From the NCBI GenBank assembly GCA_964187785.1, contig OZ076409.1, forward strand, positions 68,946,001-69,010,000: 64,000 nucleotides of DNA, written 5' to 3'. This document shows positions 26,079 through 38,281 of this stretch, piece by piece. The DNA comes from Amphiscolops sp. MND2022 (taxonomy: Eukaryota). The first letter of the stretch is position 1, and each line of letters starts with the position of its first letter. Both the position numbers and the translations under genes were made by a program. A model generated the notes under the pieces. That model was given only the letters and a program-made list of their open reading frames with translations. It was not told the origin of the DNA and made no database searches.

Positions 26079-28685
26079 CCAAGTAAAACAACATTTCAAA
26101 ACACACGATGTGTTAAAGATGAAAAATTCACAAAAACGAGCCAATTACATGCAATTTCAATTTAAAAAGAACATGAAGATGTAAAATGGATGAAAAGCTA
26201 CTAAAAATCACATGAAAAACGCATAAAAACAAAATACGATGTAAAACGGATGAAAAACGACCAAAAACCCAGAAAAAAAACAACACACAAAAATTTGAGA
26301 TGAAAAAAGGATGAAATCACATGAAAATTTATCTCAGACACCCGAGAGATGAAAAGGTGATGAACTCAGTCAAAAATTCGACCAATCAACATGCAATATT
26401 TACTAGCGATGCATTTGAGATGGAAAATGCCATCAGAATGCGAGCGCACTCACGTTCATGCTATCATAATACTCTAGCTCGACTAGAGGATGAAATAGCG
26501 ATGAACTCGATCCAATTATTCAGAAATTACTTGAAATCAATTAACGATTAACGAGATGAATTTGTGATGGACACTACCATCAAATCGTGACCGAATTTAT
26601 CGTTAGCCTGACACAATACTCTAGCTTCGCTGGAGGATGTCAAAACGATGAATTTAGTCTAAATGGAAATTCGAAAATATTAAATGACTTACGATAACCT
26701 CCTTGTGATGGGAAACACCATCCACACAAAGTCACAATAAATCAGCTAATTCTCAAACAACATGTAACTCCACGAAACGATAAAAAACCGCCGACCTTAT
26801 TTCGAATCACGCAAATAGAATTATGACTCACAAAAACGAAAATGATCAATACATGTAAGGTTCAAAGACCTGCCAAATCAATGACGTCACGAAAGAAATT
26901 GACAATTCCAAACTACATGCAATACAAATGAGCAACACACGGAAATATACATGTACCGTTTAAAAATGAACGAGATAATATATGCAATTCACACCAAAGC
27001 CATCCAAACCTAGACGAATAAAAATGAAACAAACAATCGAAAATACATGAAGCCTACTAACTAACATGCAAAATATAAGAACTGACGAAACACCCACAAA
27101 ACGAATAAAGGAGTGAGCACCCCCCAGTAAACATCAGTTCATAACAAGCAAAATACCCCTATCGAAAAGCCAAAAACATTCCTTCGTGCTGGCTGGCATT
27201 TCTCTGAAAAGAGTGCTGGTTAGTTGAGGCGGGGAGCTCACAACCATATTCGGATGAAGCTTGCTGCGTTGGTTATCCAGCGGCTAGTGGATTCTCAGTT
27301 AGTTTTGTAGGGGCTTTGTGACGACAAAGCCCTGTCCAAATGAACGAAAATAAAAACACCAAATTAAAATACATGAAACTAACACCGAACATATAACAAC
27401 ATGTCGATAATGGGGCAACCCATTTAAAGGAATACATTATGAAAACACGCAAACATGAAACCACACAATATCACAAAACTTAATAATTCGAAACATGCAA
27501 AGCCGTAGATGTCAATCACCTTGATTGATCAGATTAAATGTCAAATGGACAAACCCACTTCGACGACTGATGACAAACAACCGACCGTAAAAAATAACAT
27601 GAAAACTATATATAGCTCAAAACTGAGAGATTTCATTCATCTGAATGGAGCGGAACAGCTCCACTCACCCAGCTTTGGACTGGTACCTCAAGTACCTTGC
27701 ACGCCTACGGGGTTCCAATACCATTGCTGAGTGAACATCTCTTCGACTACCACGCAAGCGGCAGTCACAAGAGTCCGAAAAATGATTCATGCAATAATGT
27801 TCAAACTATGACAAATCCGAAACGCAACGAAAATGAGTATAACACATGTACACTGAATTTCATGCAATTTCGACAAACTAACAAACGATCAACACCATAT
27901 GACACTAAAATACATGAAGAAAACACTCCCAAATTACCGGAAAATTGATAAAATACACTCATCTACCATGAAAAATGCAACTCTCGATTACGTTATAGTA
28001 AAATAAACACGAAAAACACGCAAGATAAATATTTTCCAAAATTACGATGAAAAGAAGATGAACTATGCAGCAAAATGAGCAAAATTCGACAAGTCAAAAC
28101 TTGCGATGCAAAAACGATGAACTACAGCAAATAACTCGCCAAAATGATAAAATGAAAACGCAAGATGAAAAAACGATGAACTTTGCAGAAAAACACATAA
28201 AACAACATGCAATGATTTCCACACAACGAAAGATGTAAAAAAGATGAGAAAACAGTTTTCGCGACGTCGCTCGGTCGACTGAGGAAAACAAGATGAAAAT
28301 GAGATGAGACATCACAATGAAACACTGATGAATTAGCCACACCTACACGAGATGTAACAACGATGAACACCGTAATAAAAGTTATCTAAAAGGCGCGAAA
28401 ATAAAAAGCGATGAGAAAGCGATGAAGACTATCCGCAATTCTAACCTATCCCTATCCTCACCTAAAAATGTCTCAAGAGAAAAACAAATTTCGGGTGCCA
28501 AATACTAAATATGTATATATCTACGCTACCGAACTTTCCGACGTAGCATCTGTTGTTCTCCCCCCCTGTAAATTCGTTCAATTGGTCACCCATTTGCTAG
28601 ATACAATACTATAACATACAGTAATATAAAATAACATGAAAGATACAAACAATTTCAAAAAATAATAATAAACAGAAAGTCAATT

Positions 28686-31600
28686 CTAAACCTCAGGGCT
28701 AGCTGCGCGCTCTCCAGCAGCTGTAAATCCGATCGCATCGTACAACGACTGACGGTATTCTTCATCCGCGACTACTCCTACATCATCCCACAGCATCTCT
28801 TCTGTCAAATCGGCTAAAGCTGTGAAATGACCAATTGACTCCGTAACCTCCTCAGGTAACGGCCCACTCACAGTTTCGAACTGTCTGATGGAATGCGTCC
28901 TCAAATAACTTAGAATACTTGAGCAAACACTTGTCGTGACATCACTGCTCAACCCTCCCACGCTGACGCAACTGATACCTGCTGGGAATACAGGTGTCTC
29001 ACCCAGACACATCAAGAAACGGAAGAAGCGTTGACACGATGAACTCTCACATGCCCGCAAAATGTCCACTGCTGAACTTGCACTGCTTACGGACATATCA
29101 ACTGCATTCTGCCTGAAGTTGGTCACGAATGAGACGAAGCTCCCATCAATTTGTCTCTTCTCAGCGAGTCCTATCCTCCCCAGATCCAGGAGCAATCCAG
29201 TAAATTGTTCAGCTTCATTTCGCAACACGTCAATTTCACCACGCAACAAAAGAGCAGGACAACCCTCACTCAAATGGTATGTCACTTCTTCTTTCATCCC
29301 GGAAGCAGCTAGAATGTCTTCAACCACTACAAACATGAAGCTTTGCACCATCGCCAAGTGTTCATCAATTACGGCAGCTTCTGCAACTTGCCCTAAGTAG
29401 GGACCAAATTCATCCCTCATGGTTCGCAACTTGGCATCTGACACAGTCAAATTGTCCACGTCCACTTCCAAGCAAGCCCGCACCTCGGTCACACTAGGCA
29501 GGTCATCGTCGTCTATCAGCTTGACTGAGATTGCGTGCACAAAACACGCACTCTCGTAGGCCCAATGAAAACTTCTCAATGGACAACTGCTGAAGCTCCA
29601 ACGATACGAATCGACGACTGAAAACAACAAAAATTAATGCAAAAAAAACCATAGTCAAGTCACACGCTCTCTACTCGATTCCCGAACCAAATATCTTTTA
29701 TTAAATTAAGACACTGTAAATAACGAAACGACATGGACCAAGAAAACAAAAAACATACATACGTGCACGAAAGACACTAGCTAAGGCCTGCAAACGGAAA
29801 GGGATAGCACGATCCCCACACAGCACAAAGTCCAAAGATTCAATGATGCCGGATCCACTAGGCACTCTCAACAGATTCGAGATCTCTGCCCAATTCTCAG
29901 ACAACTCAGCCAACACGTCCGGTACGTCCCAGAGGGTTACCTCTCCATCTAACACGGACTATAACAAACAAGAATTTATAAAAATAAAAAATTCCCAAAT
30001 TACACACGATACAACCACGAAAAGCATCACCCCCCCAAAAAAAATCGACACATCAGCATCAGTGAAAAATAATCGAAAAATAGCAAATAGTTACCTGCAA
30101 GAGCTTTGGACAAGTTAAAAAGATTGGGTCCTGGACGAATTCTTTTAGTCTTGATTGCAAATGGTTCAATATCGTATGTACATCTGTCCCGCCCATCACA
30201 CGAATGCTCGCATCCACCAGACGCTTGTTTAGCTCGGTAAGTTTTAACGACACAAGTGAGACTGTCCTGGGTCCAGAGCGGCTGACCAACACTCTTTCCA
30301 GCCCAGACAACAGTCGACAATTGAGGCCAACAGGTGTCAATTGCCCCACAGCGCAACACAACATATTGACAGCCCACGAGACCACTCGCTGCTCCCACTC
30401 TTGTCCATAAGCAAATGAAAAGACCACATAGTTCGCAGGCCCTTCCGAGGTACATACATTCAGCGTGCCCACCACTCTGTCCGCCACTAATGTGACACCG
30501 AAACTGCTGTATTCTGTTTCGGACCACGAACCAATTACTCGTCTCATCACAAACGGCCAGAGTCCAAGAAGAACAACGCTCTAAAACAAGATCATACATT
30601 CATCCTACAATCATCGTTTTACATTCTCATATAGTTACCTACTCACCACTCACTTAACACACACCCCAACTTCGTAATTTTTTTAAACAAAAATAAAAAA
30701 TTTTTTTCATACAAATACGCCAAAATTATCGGAAGTTTCACATGTACCATACAAATATCAATACATGCAACATGTAATTATTTCATGCATCCGGAAAAGA
30801 TTCATAATAACCAGAACGTCGGATTCTCGACAAGTCGCGCCAAACATGACAGCATGCTGCGAATTGGAGGCAACCATCAGGTCCCAAAGATGTCGCACAC
30901 TTGCAAAATTACAGTCCCGATAGACCGCATCAATCACTAGACACACGAACAACCGAAAACTGTCAGTGTGGTCGTCATCCTCTGCGACTAGCCTTGTGCC
31001 CCACACTGAACCATCACTCGCATCGATCTGCAGTGCCTCCAGAACAGTCACATCTGGACACGTCTCAATCAACGGCACTGACTCACCAATCAATGCGGCA
31101 CCACATACGTCTGCCTCGGCTTGGGACATCAGTGTCCCATCTCGTCTGCGCAGCGGTAGGCCCCTTCGCAATCGCGTCAGACAGTCCAGCCGGTGGTGTC
31201 TGACTCCCCGGCAGTGTTCAAAGAAGGTTGTTATACCGCGGCTACCGATCTTGACATCTTGCCTGCAGAGTAGACATCTCGCGTACGAATCGCGCGTCAG
31301 GTGATCCTTCGGGAAACCGAGCGCCAGTCCACAATAAGCGTGGTCAAACCACGCTGACTTGAGAATTTTCCTTCTTGAAATCAAAAGAACAACGAAAAAT
31401 GTTAACCCCATCCTCTACACATCCTAGAATACCGAAAAATAGAAAATCAACCGAACATTTCAAAAAAAAAACAAAAAACCTCACCCGGAGTGATGAAAAC
31501 ATGATGTAAAATAATATTTTCATTGGAAATATAAGCGAAAAACGAAGAAAAAACGGAAAGATGAAAAAGAGATGTGTTTGCAAGCCACCAGGACAGAAAA

Positions 31601-33480
31601 TTGAAACTTTAAAAGACGAAAGCCTCGAACGATGAAAAAGAGATGTATAGAACAACTTTGAACCAAAATTGAGATAATTTAGAACGAAAATAACTTAACG
31701 ATGAAAAAGAGATGTAAACTGAAAAGAAAACGACAAAAATGGCTAAAGACCGAGCAAGGAAAATTTTAAGGATGTAAAAGAGATGGAGAGTTATAAAAAA
31801 TGATCAGAAAAGAAAAACGCTATACTCAAGACTTTTAACGATGAGAAAGTGATGGAAAATGAAAAAACGGCAGAAAATCATATGAAAAACAGAAAAACGA
31901 TGGAAAATAGATGGAAAGGAAGAAAGACGTGAAAACACTGGTGAAAGTGGAAATGAAAAGAAATGAATAAAAGTTACCGATCAAATACTTCACAGAGTTA
32001 AAGATGTTTAGGTAACCTGGCAAGCGAGACGCAATGGGCTCGTCGTCGGAATCCACGAGACTGGGTCCCATGGGAGATGTCTCAGCAGACACAGGAACCA
32101 GACCAGGAACAGCACCTTCTGGAGCAGGCTCTGCAGACAGAGGATCACCAGCAGGGACATTCTCGGCTGCCTCTAGTAGGGTATCAGTGCTGTCGGCTGA
32201 CGGCACGTCAGACTGCTCGACGTCAGCCTCCAAAGTTCCAGAGACGCTAGCAGCTGGCGAAGAAGGAGCAACCGGAAGGGTGTCCACGGGAGGATCATAA
32301 ACTGTGGAAGTCTCGCCAGTTTCCACAACGGCCTGAATGGACTGATCAGCAACAGCCACGCAGGCATCGACCGCCACATCCACAAGAGTGACGACGGCAC
32401 TGACTCCTGTCTCTACGGTGATACGAACAGGAGGAGGAGGACTTTGAGTTGTTGATTCACGGTCCAGAAATCGCTGAAAGCTTGGCGAGAGCACAGACAC
32501 TGGGGCACGTGCCACAGGGGAGCTGATCGCGCCCAGAGACAAGTCCTGGAGGAACGAGGACATCTCCAGGGAAGAAGGCCCTCCTTGGGTAGCAGCGTCA
32601 ACCTGTGTTGCACCAAAGTCGCTCGTTCCTATACCCACGGAGTACGTAGTAGGGCGAGGCCTTGGGGCGTGGATAGGAGTCGGGCCTGAAAAAAGAAAAA
32701 CAGAAATCAGACGACGACAGATGATGAAGAGAGTGCGCGTACGCCGCGCGAAGAAAGAAAAACAGGAAACGAAGTCACCAAAATTTCACCCTCAAAATGG
32801 AATTCGGAAACGGATTAGCCACGAAAGGACAGTGAATGTCCATGACGCATCCCAAATTCATCTTAAAAAAAAAGAATTTTATAGGTAATCGACCGTGAAG
32901 GGCACTACATGCAGATGAGATGTTTACATCGGAATTACATCGGAGTGTCTGGACGATACCTTAGTACAGGCGGAAATGTGAAAGGGAGTCAACTCACTAT
33001 ACTGCTGGATGCTATCTCGTAGCATGTCCCGCATGTGGCGATCGTACCACTCGAAGGTGATGCTACCGAGGGAGGCATGCCAAGGATAGTGATCTAAACT
33101 TCAAACGGAAAGAGTCAACGTCTGAAGGGACCAGAGATGAGAAATGAAGAGATTGTGGACTGAATTGAAGATCTGGAAGGACAGAACTTACACTGCGGAA
33201 GATACGGGACATTGGGAGCCTGACCAAACGGTTGGTCAGGTTGAAACTGAAGTTCAGGAGCTGCTGCCTGAGCTTCGGGAGCCTCTTGGGGCGGCACGTT
33301 CTGCAAAGTGGTCAGCTCAGAGACGACACCGACAGATTGAACTGAGTCCGCTAAAAAGCCAAGACGCGTTTTCAGCACCTAATTGTTCCCCGACCCGTTT
33401 GTGAAAGAAAAGAAAATGGTGCACTTACTTTCTGTAGCTTCGGTCTCTGGAAGAGAATGAACGAAATGGATGTCAGACAT
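28686..33480 (-). CDS. Antisense, spliced accessory gene of element A (~1,066 aa; low-complexity N-terminus, zinc finger, hAT-transposase-like body)
   Basis: Exons 33480-33429, 33350-33192, 33093-32998, 32685-32017, 31423-30812, 30580-30095, 29958-29763, 29617-28686. All introns GT-AG with matching phases; one extra nt near 31380 must be assumed. Finger CLLC-x16-H-x5-H; homologous to 53408-57716. Confidence 0.8.
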
Positions 33481-34616
33481 CACTGTAAATTGCAAAACAA
33501 TCTGAAAAGGAACGGAAGAGAGTGAGGAAGGAACGAAATCGAAGAATCTGGTGACAAGAATTTGATCAGTAATTAAATGGCCTGATCAACCATGATTGCG
33601 GGATACAAATTCGCGAAAAATCTCAAAGAGCGCGGATGCAGCTTGAGTGCCAGGACAAACCAAATACTTGAAATTCAGAAGATGGAAAATCGATGAAAAA
33701 CTCCGATTTCAATGACTGCCTACACTTTTCTTCCTAAATCAAGCAACTTAACAATTTTCTCTGAAAATGAATCACCCCCCAGAATTTGACTACAAAAGCT
33801 TCAAGTATTTGATTTTGATGACAGCTGCCAGTCTCAGATCAATACCGATGAAGTTGAGCGGAAACGCGCAGAGGAAATCGTGGCGATTTTCAAACCGACT
33901 TGACGGAAGATGATTCAAGGATGAGAATATTTGTTGACAACCGGTTGGATTTCTTTCAGTTCAGAAAATTCAGTTTTCAACCAATCAGAATTAGCAGTGA
34001 TTGCTATGGCAACAGGCCATCTCTTTCTCATCGCTGAGATTTCAGACAGCGGAAGTAGCTTCAACGGTTACTATGGCAACGACTCATCTCTTTCTCATCA
34101 CGGAAGCTGATAGCAAAGCAACGGCGCCAGTCGTCTGCTAAATCAACATCGATGCCTCGCTGTGTAAACAATTCATCGTTCATTCATCCCCGACTCGCTG
34201 CCAATTTGTCAATGAAGCTAGTCGAATTGTTTATTCAGTGTAGGCGTTTTGGAGGGAAACTTTTCTCCGAGAAATCAGCTTCTACCAAAAATAACCAGCC
34301 GAAACTCCCATCAAAAGCATGACAACCAATAAAATGCAGATCAGCGGACATTCGATGGACCAAGAACTAGAGTTGCCGCGTCGATAAAATTTAACCGAAA
34401 TCACCCAGAATGAAACCAGACATGACGATTGCCGAAAGTCCTCTTCTCAGAGAAGATTTGCATAGGACGGAACAAACGAAGGACATGCCAATTCAGAACT
34501 AACGAAGGACATTTTCTCCCCAACCAAACCAAGGAAGCAGTCGAAGCCAACGCTGAGACAACCATTCTCTGCACATTTGGCCCCTGCACTCTCAATCCAA
34601 ATCCCGACCCGGGGAG

Positions 34617-36860
34617 TGTCATGCCAGCATGATGGAAATGTAATCTACTAAATATCTGTAATGTAAATATTATGTCTTATGTACTTAGATATGGGCAATA
34701 TGATGTCATATAATAAGGGCCATGGTTGTGAGCAACCCTACGTTACTTGTACTTTAATCCCTTCCCCCTTTGAGTGTGAGTTATATATATTTACTTAATA
34801 CTGAGCGCTCTAGTTCCGGTGTCCGCATAAATGATCTTGCCAGAATCTGGCCTTGAAAGTGCTATATTCCATAAATATTGGTTTGTCACGACAAGGGAGA
34901 GAAGTTTTCCGGTCAGACTGGACCGAGGAATATTGGAAGTAATGGAAAGTATAACTTCTACTAACTCCCTGCCTCAGAGTATGTAGTTGTTACAAATTCC
35001 ATTAAACTCATCACAATTTCATCGTCGAATTTGGTGACGATTTTGACCTGATCAGAAATGTCAATTGGATCCATCTGCGGATTCAACGGTGCTTTTAACC
35101 AAAGTTCATCGCAATCCCATCCTTAAAGTTTGCGAGTGAACAAAACATGGGACTTTAAACTGACTTTCATCATAAATCCATCAACGGATTTTATGGGACT
35201 TATTCTAGTAAAACTCATCTTTAATTCATCGTGATTATTTCATTTAGTAATTCCTGAATGTGCTTCTCATTTCTAAGGAACAGTAGTTCATCCTTTATTC
35301 ATCACATTCACTAGTACAGAAGGGAAATGAGAAAGTACATCCTTAATTCATCCTAAAAAAGAGTGAAAGTGCTGGTTATCTGATTTGTTTAGTAAACCCA
35401 TCCTTAATTCATCTTGATTCCGTTTGTGCTGAAAATAGACCATCTTAGCGGATGAGTTCATCCTAAACTCATCGCTAGATTGAATTGGCTTAGTATTCGG
35501 TGTTTTAACTGGTGAGTTCATCCTAAACTCATCGCCAATTTGTATTGCTTTGGTATTTGCTGTTTTAATTGACAAGTTCATCCTAAACTCATCACCAAAA
35601 TTCTCCTGTACTAGAATTAGCGTTTATCGACTGAATTCATCCCGAATTCATCGTCATTTGAATCTGTGCTAGAAATTGGCAAGTTATACATGGAGTTCAT
35701 CCTTTTGTCATCGTCAGTTTGAATTGTGTTGATTTCCGAGCGAGAAAGACTACCATTCATCGCATTTTCATCCAGAGCTAAACTAGACTTGGAAATCAGC
35801 AAATATTCTTACAGGTTCATCGCATTTCCATCTTCAAGTTTTAAATCATTGATTTTGGCGCTAGAATTAGCGGAAAACATCGTTTTCCCATCCCAAAGTG
35901 TGCTTTACCTTAAATTTGCTTGAAATTAGTGCGTTATTGAATGATTTGAGTCCATTTTAGTTGCTATAGAAACCATGATGTTATGTGCAGGCAATTGCGA
36001 CATTGTAAATTGATGACTAAACACCATTAACACATGTAAATGTACCATGGTGCGTGGCCACTTTGCGGCAGTTCACAACACTGGTCACGTGACTTACCAT
36101 TTTAACACCAGCTGGTAACAGCCAATGAGAGAAGGTTGGTAAGAGATTTAGCGTCTTACCAACCGAAAAGACACGTGAACTGCTGTAATTTGGTCCGCCA
36201 TTAAATATTACTCAGCCCGAATTGCGACAAGCTACCGACCAGTTGGATATTTTAACACGCGAAAGTCACAAAACACATCTGTATTTCATCTTCAGAAATT
36301 AAAGAGCTTAAACTGAGTAATTTCTTGGTACATCTACGACTGCGATAAAAATTGGATGAACTTCTCCTGAATAACTTGCTAGTTTTCCTTCTCCTTATCT
36401 AACTGCTTACTTATTTGTACGACTTTTTCTAAAACATCTCAGTTCAGATTAGTGAATTTGAGATCGAATATTCAGTTAAATCAGCAAAATACATTGAAAC
36501 AATATCTCAGATAATCCAGTCTTCACTCATAATTCTTTTCTCTCGAATACATGAACCCAGATCAAGGTACCGAACTTAGAAGCGGTAGAGTCATACATTC
36601 CTCGTCAGGAACATCCTCTCCAATAGATCCAGACATGGCTCAGTCGTCCGCCAATGACTCTGACAACAATGAAACTTCAGATATCTCGTCCCAGTTGTCT
36701 GAAATAAGAGAGAACTATGAGAAGAAGATAAATGAGTTACAAAGCGAATTTAGTCAACTGAAGAACTTATTAATGGCAGTTATTAGTAAAAATGACGAAA
36801 ATAACTTACCTTCGACATCGCAAAGTTCTTCAAAGCCGACCCACAGAGTGGGGTTAGACA
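34617..36860 (+). repeat. 3' LTR of element A (2244 bp)
   Basis: Preceded by GGGGAG (34611-34616), ends TTAGACA followed by TSD CCGAT; contains a copy of the Gag N-terminus from 36551. Confidence 0.95.
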
Positions 36861-37920
36861 CCGATGATCATCAAACTTCATTCCAGCAGTACTGAATAGC
36901 CGTTCGATGACATTGGTTGTGGCAGGTATCCGGGCAAGTTCTCCGGAGAATTTTTAAAATAAATATTGCATCATTGAGTACTCGATCCGCAAAAGAGCCC
37001 GAATCAACTGCAGAAACTTTTTCACTGGTCCTAAAATCGTCCAAAATTTTCAAATCATCAGAGTCAAGTCACGCTCCAGAAATAATGTTCTTTATTGCGT
37101 TCTCAACTTTTTTCGAAAGTATCGGAAGTACAATAGTAACATTACAACCGATGTTGTCAAAGGTGTCAGGGTGCTCCCCAGGTAAGGCGTCAAAAAAGTT
37201 AAGATCGTCCCAGAGATTTGTGCTATCTTCCTCCAAGTTCATAGTAACATTTTGAAGTTTTTTCATAGATTAATGCTTTGAGGTCACTTGCAAGTAATGG
37301 GAAGCGTTGGACACGAACATCGCCACTTCTGAGTCGCTGGAATCCAAAAAAGAAGTATATCAAAGTATCTTCGAACTGTCGTGTAAAAAGAACACCAGAT
37401 TGTTTCGACTAGGAGTACAGTACTCAAATGAGTGCACTTTCTCAATTTTGGACCATGCATGGGTCCCCTCAGCTTTTTCTTCTGCATTTGCTCCATCTGA
37501 AGCACATTCTAGTACCTGGATTGAACGTTCTTGACGCATAAGTTTAAACGATGACTTCGCACCTATCCATGATTTGTCCATTTTTGGCAAGGGCTTTGTT
37601 TCGGTTTTCATTGTCAGCAATTTTAAAAAAATTTCCACTGATTCGTCAAAGAGACCGTTTGTTTCCCTGATAAGTTCCACATGGCTACCTGGATCGAGAT
37701 TCTTCTTCTCAACAGAAAGTGCTAAGAAATTTTGGACCCCGGAAGTAGGCAGCAATAGCTATAAAGTGCGTTGAAAACGATGACCTTCCGTTAATCATGA
37801 TACCGAAATTCTCGGGACGATGCTTGGCAATTTGTCCCACTTCTCTCGTCATTTCATCCAAGTATTTAACGAGAGTCTTGGTGGTAGTGTGCTGTAGTTT
37901 AATGTACATCCTGACCAGAA
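36861..37920 (-). pseudogene. Decayed hAT transposase 1, interrupted by element A (C-terminal tail continues leftward from 17565)
   Basis: TKTLVKYL..NFGIMING..STHFIAI, and dimerisation-domain motif IPATTNVIERLFSTAGMKFDDHR, which continues in frame as QILTPVHL across the TSD. Confidence 0.85.
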
Positions 37921-38281
37921 TAGTTAGATTTCCCCTAATACAAGCTTAAATTTTCTTTTACTCGAAACAAAAGCGCAAATACTACTTAACTTGCCACTGA
38001 CAGCTTCTTGTTTAAAATCGATTTTTGAAATTTTCGGAATCGGGATGAGCCATGGCAATATGAACAATAGAAGTAGAAATTCCCGTGCCGATTTGCGGTT
38101 TTCGAATTCGGCCACATTTGCGTTTCTACGTTTCCAGCCAGGGCCTCTGTAAAAATAGTTGCAATAATATTGAAGTCTTCCCCTCACTTATACCCTTTTT
38201 CCTATCTCACCAATCAATAATTTCCCTAACATTGAATGAAAAATGAATAATTGCAATAATTTAGAGTATTGAAACATTTAT

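Larger units (their letters stand above)
17566..36860 (+). mobile_element. Element A: full-length 19.3-kb Ty3/Gypsy LTR retrotransposon with antisense accessory gene
   Basis: Near-identical TG...CA LTRs, 5-bp TSD CCGAT (17561-17565 and 36861-36865), PBS at 19808, purine run GGGGAG before the 3' LTR, domain order gag-PR-RT-RH-IN. Confidence 0.97.

Noticed and set aside
30027..30599. 190-aa ORF (MYDLVLERC...) as the exon reading frame
   Set aside because: The overlapping frame (30580-30095) has proper splice sites and aligns with the exon of B
28686..33480. env gene or nested autonomous hAT insertion
   Set aside because: Antisense and spliced, no signal-peptide/TM pattern, no TIR or TSD seen, and a homologue occupies the same position in element B
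33690..33903. Possible counterpart in A of the extra sense ORF of B
   Set aside because: Only short broken frames with weak acidic similarity; not supportable
34995..36860. Second, truncated tandem copy of element A after a 378-bp LTR
   Set aside because: Homology ends exactly at CA followed by the CCGAT TSD, and in the 5' copy by the PBS, so this is part of a 2.24-kb LTR
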